DNA of 64,000 nt from Schizochytrium sp. TIO01. Taxonomy: Eukaryota; Protista; Bigyra: Labyrinthulomycetes. The DNA lies in NCBI GenBank assembly GCA_004764695.1, contig SMSO01000014.1:1483648-1547647 (forward strand), in the 5' to 3' direction. Under the pieces are notes generated by a model. That model was not told the origin of the DNA, made no database searches, and saw only the letters and a list, made by a program, of their open reading frames with translations. How positions within the stretch are numbered: the stretch's first letter is position 1; each line of letters starts with the position of its first letter. The translations under genes were made by a program, and so were the position numbers. Shown here in pieces: positions 9,738-19,116 of this stretch.

Positions 9738-12249
9738 CTTCGAACCAGGTCGTTCTACTTGGCAAGGGTGAAGTGCTATACCTCTGACTCGGCCGTGTTC
9801 GAAGCGCTCAACAATGCGTCAGTCAACTTGCTTCGTCGTTGGGGTTGCTTTTGCTCTTCTAGTTCATTTGTCTTTTGATAACAGTGCTTAAGAAGCCACA
9901 ACGGATATAGGAGACACTATGGTCACATATGACCATAACTCGATTCCCAAGTCAGGCTACCTTTCATTTCTTCGCAAATAATAGTCTCAGAGGGGTAAAG
10001 ATAGGACTATAGGGAAGGATGGAATATTTCCTATTATTTGGACCTTGTCCTCAAACGTGTTACTCGAACACTCTACTGAATCTAGTAAATCAGTGAAACA
10101 TGAAGTCTGTCTCGATACAAATGCGGCGTATTTAGTCCACCTTTCGCAGAGCAAGCCTTTGAAAAAAAGGACTCAGGAATTCCTACAAGCCTTATAGTAC
10201 ATAATGTAAAATAATTTTACCAGCCAGGTTCTTGGAAATTGAAATATATGCTCTCAAATAATTACATATATTTATCTTTCCCACATAAAACATTGTGATA
10301 TAGCTTAGAGATCTCAAAATGCTACAATCGAGCAGTATACAACAATATTTTTCTGACAAAGATCTAAGATCAACTCTTTATATACATGTTTGTATCGGTG
10401 ATACTTGAATTTAATTGAGAAGTGTGTGATGGAGCCATAAGCTTAAAGTTACAAAAGATTTGAAAGTAACTATGCACATTAATGAAAAATTCAATAGCCT
10501 CTTTAACGTCAATTCATCACTGAAATAATTGTTGAATATAATTTAAGCGACCTTCACTGATTTGTTGTTTGTTTATCATTTTACCAATTTAAAACTTGAT
10601 AAAAGGCTGTATATGTTTGATAGGAGATTAAACTTCCTCCCAAATAGCGTCGTGTTGTATCGATTAGATAGAGACATGGTATAACTGTTAAAGTCTCCAA
10701 ATCAAAGTTGAATCTAGGTCTCGGTAGCAGGGATGATTTTGATTATAATTGTTAAGTCAAAGTTCTTCACCAGTTCTATAATGTAAAACAACAGTTGACA
10801 GGCTCCATTGTGTACAAACTGGGATGAACCATTGTAAACAAGATGGAGAGTTGTCTTGCGAATATTTTGTAGGATTACGAAGCGATTGCATTATTGGTTC
10901 GTTCAGATTCAAGCGCTGTTTTGCAAGATTGGTAAACAGAATAAATTTAACATTCGAATTCACGTAAATTCAATATCTGCCACACTGAAGCCTTGGGAGT
11001 ATTAGCTGAACACTAGGACTATTTGCATAGGCTTAGAAAGGTTTAAACTATATTCAACATTCCAAATGCGAATCTTCAATTCATCCTTTAGCCCTGATAT
11101 AAAGTCGTCAAGAACCCTTGTTAGCCTATCTATGGTTAACTATAGCTAACATTAACACTATGGGTAGATTCTGCGTAATGTATGATTGCCTGCTCCGTTT
11201 ACTTATGTTAATAGATAAAGAAGGTGAAGTTGCAGCTGTGGAAGACCCGATTTTCATTTCCTGAATACTGTCAGTGGGAAGGCCCTGTTCTTAATGACAT
11301 TGATCTCTTAGCATTGGCCGCGCCGGTCGGTCCGCACCTTCCAAATATCCAGGATGCTTTTATTACTAGGCCTAGGTAAGTTATAGGCTAAAGTTAATTA
11401 ATAAATCCGTTCAAAGGTCTCTCACCCGTAGGGGGACGGTTCTTACAAAGCGCGGAGGTATGCGAAGAAATAAAGGAAACACATTCCTCTAAAAAAAGGG
11501 ACAAGCATTTCATGGGGTGCGGAGGGAGATGAGACTTATAATTCATGACATTTTGATACCTGATAACGGGGTGCAGAAGAGGATGAAACTTATAATTTGG
11601 ACGGAACCAGCTTAGAAAGTTGAAATTATCCTTTCTAAGACGGTCAATTGTACGTAAACAACATCAAAGAAATTTTAAATAGTTACATCCCAGCGGGCCA
11701 TCTGCGTATAGATGGCACGCCATTCTTCCGCAGGCAAAGAGTGAGATATTGCATAGGGATGTGAAAGGGCAACAGAGAAGTGCATTATGTCAGAGGTTCT
11801 TTTAATGTATTACGACAAGCTTACATATAAGCCAACCAAATTAATTATGCAGACAACGACTGAGTGAAGTTGGACTACAGCTCCGCGCAGTATCTATATT
11901 TTTCCACCAAATGGATAGAGTGCATTATTTAAATAAAATTATGAAGATCAGAAGTACAAGCAAGATATAGTGAATAGTTCATCGTATCAGTCCTCTCTAT
12001 ATATATAGTTCCCCCCTCCCCAAAACGGAGAAATCATTTTATTATTCTTTTAGTCTTTTTGATGTCATCAAATAATTCAGATCTTCCTATCGAGAACACA
12101 AAGCTAAAAAATAGGTGAGACTCTACACAGTCATAGAGGTTCAGAATTCACCGTGCGCAGAGTTCATCAGGGTCTGCAAAACTCTAACTGCTGCTCTCCT
12201 GCGGAATGTCTAACGACTGATAGATACAATTAGTTGTAAAAATAAAATC

Positions 12250-14536
12250 ATGGAGCTAAGGTACTCCATTAACCGACCAACACAGTCAAGACGACGGATT
12301 CGAAGTCAATCCTACCTGTCAACACAGTGGCTTTCTGCTTTAAGCCTAGTCATTCTTTTGGCAGCTCATCAAGTGGCGATCACGATTGCAACTGAAACGG
12401 TATACGAGCTTAATGGAAACGAGACTCAATCTGATCGTGAACTCTCTGGTTCGTCAAAATTAAATGTGCTTCTCATTATGGTAGATGATTTTCGCCCAGA
12501 AACAGCAAGCTATGGGAGCTCCAATGTCGTTACGCCCAATATGGATGCATTCGCTCAAAGTAGCGTACAATTTGAACGAGCATACGTTCAGCAAGCACTT
12601 TGTGGCCCATCTCGAGTTTCAATGTTGAGTTCGCGCTTGCCAACTACAACTAATTACTACATTCACACGGAGGCGGAGGAAGAATACAATGCGCTCAAGA
12701 CTGGCATAGTTCTGCCAAAATGGTTTGAAAGTAATGGCTATGATACCTTCGGAACCAGCAAGATCTTTCACTTTGGAAGTAATAACAAGCGGTACTTTGG
12801 GGCTTATAATAAACAGCCCGCACAACTTGAAAATGATTGCGGAAATGATGTTGTTTGCTCCGACTCTGACACACTATCAGACTTCACAGACTACCGTGCA
12901 TTGCAATGGGCAAAGGGGAAACTGAACATTTTTGCAAACGCAAAACGCTACAAGAAGAAGGGGGTACCGTGGTTCCTGGCGGTGGGTTTTCGCCGGCCCC
13001 ATCTGATTTTTCGAGCTCCTCAATTTATCTATGATCGTTTTAATGTCGATGATGTGTCAATACCGGACGAAGTAGAGCAGGGAAGGCCAGATAACAGTCC
13101 ATGGCAGGCATACTCTGGGATGTGCTATCAGCTTCTTACGTCGAACGAAGTGACACAAACAAGCTACACTGATCCTTTCACTCAAATTCTTGATGACAGC
13201 ACGACTCGAGAACTCCGAATGGGCTATTTTGCGTGTGTTGAATGGATCGATTATGCTGTAGGCGAGCTACTTAATCATTTGGATGCAAAAGGTTTGACTT
13301 CAAAAACCCTCGTCGTCCTAACTTCAGATCACGGCTGGTCCTTAGGTGAAAAAACGAGTTGGTGCAAGGGGACTGTAGAGGAGAGAGCACTTCGTATTCC
13401 TTTGTGGATCCGTGATCCTACTGACACATCAAACTCTGGTACGCAGGTACAGTCTGGCATATCACTCATGGATGTCTTTCCTACAGTCGCAGAGCTCGCA
13501 GGAGTCCCACTTGGTTTAGACGAGTATGTGAAAATACGGTGTCGAAGGCAATAGCTTTGCCAACCTCGTGCGGGGAACTGATGACATCCCTGAGAATGTT
13601 GCTGAAACATTGCTACGGCTTCCTCAGCTTGGCGGGCATCCTTGGTCATACCCAAAGAATGCAACTTTTAGTGTATGGCCAATCTGCGTTGACTCTGATG
13701 CTCCAACGGAGCCAGTTCCATGTCATGTCTGCGTCCGTGAATCTGATAATAAAAAGGTCGATTGCGAAACTTGCAGTGACCAGGGCTGGGACTGTACAAA
13801 GTCCCAGGCTGAAATTCTCTACATGGGCATGAGTGTGCGAACAGATCGATTTAGATATTCAGAATGGAGACCGTATCAAAACTCAGCAAACATTGTGAAC
13901 TGGACTGTGACGGAACAAGACGTTGAACGTCGAGAACTTTTTGACCACGATACCACCTTAGGCAGTGTAGAAATGGAAAATGTTGCAGATAGCGAGGATT
14001 ATGCTGACAACGTAGATGGTTTATCAGCTATGTTAAAGGCACGGTTTGTGCCATGCAATGGCAAGGGGGCAGACGACGAGGAAACATGCTTAGCTCGAGG
14101 AAACCATTGTGTCTACTATAAAAGTTCTTGTATTAATCGTGGCTTTTGCGACTTTGGTGGCAGTGATGCAGCGACAGATTGTGATGCACGGGAGGAAGCA
14201 TGTGTTTGGAGTCCAATCTACGGCCGTTGTGTAAACAAGATTGTAGAGGGTCGAAGTGTGCCAACCGGTGCTGAGGTTGGTGCGCGCCCAGGCGGTACAC
14301 CCACAAATGCACCAACAAGTGCGCCAACTAGTTCTCCTACGTTGAGTCGGAGTACTTGTTCGGAATTTTCCGAGAGTGAGTGTACTTTAGATGGATGCAA
14401 CTTTTTTACAGGAATCGGGTGTCGGGAAACCTCTTATTGTGATTTTACAAGGAAACGCTCTTCATCTCGAAGAGCTGGGTGTCTTTCAAATAAAAGTTAC
14501 TGTAAATGGCAAAGCAGGCGCTGCAAGAGTAAATAA
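12250..14536 (+). CDS. Secreted/membrane-anchored sulfatase (iduronate-2-sulfatase-like) with Cys-rich and PT-repeat C-terminus; frame break near 13524-13554
   Basis: Hydrophobic N-terminal segment, 'NVLLIMVDDFRP', formylglycine motif 'CGPSR', 'KIFH', 'GFRRPH', 'TSDHGWSLGE...W.K', then 'SVRTDRFRYSEW...ELFDH...EMENVA' in the second ORF. Confidence 0.88.
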
Positions 14537-15321
14537 ACTTGGTATATATTGACTTGTGAATATAGAGTGACAGTAAATGAGAAGGAATAACATGTGCCAT
14601 ATGATCTTTCGAGATATATGTTTCGACTGTAGTTTTTACTGATTAGTGAGACTGCCAGATCAAATGGGATATACCATTCGTACTGTTTGATGCATTTTGA
14701 AATCGAAACAGCAACAGGTACTATATAATGATATGCTTTGACTCTGATTTTTACCTGAGTGGTGAAAGGATTAATAGGAGTGGAAGGTACCCACGTACTA
14801 CCATGATAGACATAATATAAATTGTAACTCTTCATATAACACAATGACCTCATGAACTGGCTAATAGAAACAAGTACGCTCATTTAGCCTGGTTTCGTCC
14901 TAATTGGTTGTTCGACTTGTATTCGCATATAATCTGGCGTTGCAAATAATCTGGCGTTGCAAAGAGATCATATCGCGATGACTTGTTCAAGTCTGGTTCT
15001 TTTATTGGCAATTCTCTATTTCCCAGTTTTGATGGTGTTGCCCCATCCTTCCTACTCTAAGTAGTGTTTTACTTACACTAAACTATAAGGGTTTCCCCAC
15101 AGAACTCTGTTGACTTGTGAAGCAAAACATGGAAACGTAGCGCTAGCAAGGGACAAGACAAAATGCAATAGAAGCTGGTGACGATTTAGGCTTTGTAATG
15201 CCCGAGGCTTGGTGGGAGCTATATCACGTGCAGCGCCTGTCTTTTCTGCTTGAGATTCTTCGTGCCAGGAGGCACCAAGACCTACTTGACGAGGAGAGCA
15301 CACAGTGGTGAACCAAAGCTA

Positions 15322-17097
15322 ATGTATAAAATGGCTCCAGTCCAAACTGGGTTCTTTACTTCGTGGCCTGCAGAACTTTCAAAGCTTGCACAATTACACC
15401 CGAACAAGCAAGCTTTAGGCGAGCTCACCAATGAAGGGAATAGACTCCATCGTAATCTAACATTTGCCCAACTTTGGCATGCAAGCTTAGGGGCTGGACA
15501 GTGGCTTTGCGATTATGGCCTCAAAGCTAATTCCCGCTTTGCTATTGTTGGTGATGACTCAATCGAACATGTGGTCCTCTGGACAGCAGCTTCTTTGATT
15601 GGGGCTATTGTAGTAACAACTGATACGTTGGCACCTTTAGCGTCGCTCATGGAGATAATTGAAGACTCGCAGTAAGTATATAACTAAGAGGAGGGAATTA
15701 ACATCGTGTCATTCATTATAGGGGTCTTCAATCATTCAAACACTGGCTAACATGATTTTCACCATTTCGCATGTGCATGCTTGGCCAAATGTACGCATGC
15801 GGATTCTTAAACTGACATTTATAGGCCCGACTTGGTTCTCGTCCTGGAGAGTACGCGAAGTAAAACTCATGGCCGAAATGAGTTTGAACAGCTCCGTAAT
15901 GCATGTTTGGATAAGGTTCAAATACTTCATCTTACCCCCGGGAAATTATTTGAAGAAGTCAAGTGCAGAAAATTACCAGAGGAAAAGCGTCTCGACGCTC
16001 ATGTGGAGGCCCCTTGGGCTATTCTTTACACCTCAGGTACAACAGGTGGCAAGAAAAAGGGAGTTGTGCGCAACCAAAGAGGAAGCATCCTGGGATACTT
16101 TGCTCACTTAACCCATATGCATTTTCGACCTGGAAGGGAAACATTTTTAGCCATGTATCCGCTTCACGGTATTTCAAGCTTCTTCTTTGTGACAATGATG
16201 CTATACATGGGACAGTCTGTGCTTTTGCTGTCTAGACAGTATTCATCATCTGGGCGAACTGTTTTTAATGCTCTTAATACATTTCCAATCACCTTCATTA
16301 CTGGCGGTCCTGCGCATTTGGTCTCGATAATTGACCATGCTGAAGCAAATGCTGACGGGAGAAAACTTCCCCGGTTAAAGACAATTTTAGCCAGCGGTGC
16401 GATGACCTCGTCAGCCACACAGGAGAGGATTCGGAGATTCTTTGCAAGTGCTTCATTCTTTGAGGTCTATGGATCTACAGAAGCAGGTATCATTTCTATC
16501 CTAGACCCTGAGGATTTTCAGGAAAATAGAGGCTCAGTTGGTTTTGAGCCTAGTGGGGTAAGCCAAATCATATTTGTAGATCCCAAGACTGGTGTTCCTG
16601 TTGCTGGAAAGCAATCTACCCCAGGGGAGATTGCAGTTCGTACACCAATGATGTGCCAAGGTTACTGGCGGCGCTCTCCAGAGCTTATCGATGGTTGGTT
16701 TCGTACAGGTGATATGGGCTACCGCTGCAATGATGGGTTTATATATCTATTAGGGCGTGCAGACGACCGAATCACCTTACCTACTGGAGCAAGTTTTTAT
16801 CCCTCAGAGATCGAACGAGTCTTGCTCCAGCATGAACTTGTTTCTCAGGCAGTTGTATTTTGGGACGAGGCAACACAGATGCTCGCAGGTCTATTTCTAG
16901 CTCGAGTGCGCGACATTTGCGATGAGCAAAATCAGTCTCAAGCTGAAAAAGAAATTATCAATTATTGCAAAGACTCTCTCGCGGACCACCTTGTCCCCAA
17001 CACAGTCCTTCCCATGTCTGAAGAAGCCTGGGCTGAGCTTCCCCGTACGGCTACACGTAAGGTCCTACGTTCACGACTTAATCTCCAAAGTTTATAA
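15322..17097 (+). CDS. AMP-binding (ANL family) acyl-CoA synthetase; 2 exons: 15322-15671 and 15825-17097
   Basis: 'ILYTSGTTGGKKKG', 'EVYGSTEAG', 'GWFRTGDMG', 'GRADD', 'LPRTATRKV'. Intron 15672-15824 (GTAAGT...CTGAC...TAG) restores the frame. The start could instead be the ATG at 15331. Confidence 0.9.
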
Positions 17098-17169
17098 CCA
17101 AGGTCAGCCAACCTAAGATCAGCCACATAGCAATGGTCCTCTCTCATACAGGACTAGCTCATGTAAGCA

Positions 17170-17320
17170 TCCGACTTAGTAAGTAAATTCAGTTGGAAAG
17201 ATGGTGCTCATACACCAGTCCGCTAACAATAATGACTTGATTCATTGCAACGTACAGGCTCAGTGGTAGAGCGTTTGACTTTTAATCAAATGGTCGTGAG
17301 TTCGATCCTCACAGCCGGAA
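17170..17320 (+). tRNA. tRNA-Lys(UUU), split by a 79-nt GT-AG intron; exons 17170-17178 and 17258-17320
   Basis: Joined sequence TCCGACT TA GCTC AGTGGTA GAGC G TTTGA CTTTTAA TCAAA TGGTC GTGAG TTCGATC CTCAC AGCCGGA A is a 72-nt cloverleaf: 6/7 acceptor pairs, perfect D, anticodon and T stems, anticodon TTT at 17281-17283. Confidence 0.88.
17179..17257 (+). other. Putative spliceosomal (U2-type) intron inside the tRNA-Lys gene
   Basis: GTAAGT donor at 17179, GCTAAC branch site at 17222-17227, TACAG acceptor ending 17257; the same signals as the mRNA introns in this window. Confidence 0.8.
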
Positions 17321-17322
17321 TC

Positions 17323-17359
17323 GCAGGAGTGTCCTGCTTCCTCTTTTTTCTTCTTTTTT
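17323..17359 (+). terminator. Short hairpin plus oligo-T tracts downstream of the tRNA (Pol III terminator-like)
   Basis: GCAGGA-GTG-TCCTGC stem followed by T6 runs at 17344-17349 and 17354-17359. Confidence 0.6.
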
Positions 17360-17817
17360 CACCTTTGTTCTTTTTTTTTCTTTGCATGCTACTCATAAAT
17401 GATAGTACATCTTAGTAGTAGTCGTTCAAGTAGAAAGTTAATCTTTCTTTTTTCTTTACTGTTATTATTATTTATTTGTTGCATCATTCACACTGAGAAA
17501 ATGGTTTGCCATAATGATACAAATTATTATAACTTTCGCTCAACGAAGAAGATAATCGTCTGTCATGCTGGGCAGACAGAACCTGTTCCAGCGAAGCCGC
17601 AGCTAGCATTGTCTTGCCTCTGCACCTAGACACAAGGTCCGGCGTGGGTCTCATAAAGCCACAGCGCCGCTTTACTTGCTTGTGTTTTGCGTACTCTCTA
17701 CACTCGAAGATCAGTAGTTTCGGCCAGTGCACGAAGGCTCTGCGAGGCCTCTTCTCAAGTCAACACCGCCATTTGACAAGCGTCTATCGTTGCAGATTGC
17801 CATTCCTTGTGAAGACA

Positions 17818-19116
17818 ATGTCGGGTTCTACATCAAGCGATTTTACGGATCAAGATGCTGTGAGTGCATTTCAAGATTGCAAACCTGAAGATTGGCAGTA
17901 TATTGCCGAGGGTGCCCTTAACCTTGCAAACCGATACGCTGGAAATGACGAGAGGCTCAAGGGTTATGTGCTTCGTGTGCGCAAGGATAACCCTGAGGCA
18001 AGTGGTGGAAAGACTGGTATGGAAAATCCATGGACAGAATCCTTGCAATTCGCGGACAAGGTTGTACTTCCGTTGCTTGGACGTCGCTATGTACAGCCTG
18101 CACAAGAGGTGCCCCTCAAGCCTGGGTTTATCGAGGAGCTACACAAGCACATCGAGCCTTCTCGACCTGAGAAACGGCGTGTGCATACTCTGGATATGGG
18201 TCTTAAGACAGGTCTGTTGATGTTGGATAACACCGCAATTCCCAAGGGTGAAGGCCCGTCGATTTGTTTCGAGCTAAAGGTGAAATGTGGCTTCGTTCCA
18301 GATAAGAGTCCATTTGTGACGTATGATGTGAAGAAAACCGCAGACAGATTTACGATGCACCAAGCCCTCAAGTATGCCAAGGGAAAGCTTGATACACTTA
18401 GTGCCTACAGCCCTCTCGACCTTTTCTCGTACGACGCACAACGCGTTCGAAAAGCTCTTGATGCTTTGGTAACAACCCCGCAGAACAACTTTCGGATGTT
18501 TGTTGATGGCAAGATGGTATTTCCTGATAGCAAGGGTCACGGAAGCCCAGAAGAGCTCGCTCAAATTCTTAAGGAATACCCAGCGCTAGCTGAGCAGGGC
18601 CTGGATGGTGTCCTTTCATCTCTTACGGAAATCCTTGTAAAAGAGCCTCTCTTAAAGAGGCTTCAGATAATGCAGGCTATGGACGACTGTGATATTGAAG
18701 GTGTATGGCCTGTATACCAAGAGATCGAAGCGCGTGGAGAAAGTATCGTACCACTGGCTGAGGGTGATACAATCTTGCCGCGGGAAGCACCAACGGAGCT
18801 ACCTAAAGATCAGGAGGGCCAACATGATATGGTACGTCGCTTTTTGCTCTCTTGTACAGCAAAGGACTGTTCAACGATGCTTGTTCTCAAACCTTCTGCA
18901 TCCAGTACACCCAAAGATTTGCCTTCTTCACCAGATCAACCCTGCAGCGAAGATCATGTAAATCGTACTATCGTCGATGGTGTCGGTCCATTTATGTATT
19001 CTATTGCTGTTGTGGACCTCGACCCTAAGCCTATCGAAAAAATGAAGCACTGGTTTGAGTTAGATCAGAAAATTGCTGACTTCTATACAAAATCTCAAGC
19101 TACCGCGGATAAGTAA
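17818..19116 (+). CDS. IPK1: Inositol-pentakisphosphate 2-kinase
   Basis: IPK1 motifs 'EGALN', 'FELKVKCGF', 'RFTMHQ', 'YSPLDLFS', 'PQNNFRMF', 'TAKDCS', 'VVDLDPKP'. First ATG at 17818. Confidence 0.92.
   Translation: MSGSTSSDFTDQDAVSAFQDCKPEDWQYIAEGALNLANRYAGNDERLKGYVLRVRKDNPEASGGKTGMENPWTESLQFADKVVLPLLGRRYVQPAQEVPLKPGFIEELHKHIEPSRPEKRRVHTLDMGLKTGLLMLDNTAIPKGEGPSICFELKVKCGFVPDKSPFVTYDVKKTADRFTMHQALKYAKGKLDTLSAYSPLDLFSYDAQRVRKALDALVTTPQNNFRMFVDGKMVFPDSKGHGSPEELAQILKEYPALAEQGLDGVLSSLTEILVKEPLLKRLQIMQAMDDCDIEGVWPVYQEIEARGESIVPLAEGDTILPREAPTELPKDQEGQHDMVRRFLLSCTAKDCSTMLVLKPSASSTPKDLPSSPDQPCSEDHVNRTIVDGVGPFMYSIAVVDLDPKPIEKMKHWFELDQKIADFYTKSQATADK

Noticed and set aside
11000-11135. Minus-strand peptide 'LDDFISGLKDELKIRI' reminiscent of retrotransposon Gag
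   Set aside because: Short, bounded by stops, with no LTR, protease or RT nearby.
14928-14963. 17-bp perfect tandem duplication ATAATCTGGCGTTGCAA
   Set aside because: Only two adjacent copies and no spacer; not CRISPR-like, likely a local duplication.
17249-17320. Reading the tRNA as a contiguous gene or a simple 5'-truncated pseudogene
   Set aside because: The contiguous 5' bases do not pair with the acceptor strand, while an exact complementary first exon with splice signals lies 79 nt upstream. The split model explains more.
17614-17817. N-terminal extension of the IPK1 ORF from a TTG start
   Set aside because: No ATG and it reads like UTR; eukaryotic initiation at ATG 17818 is more plausible.
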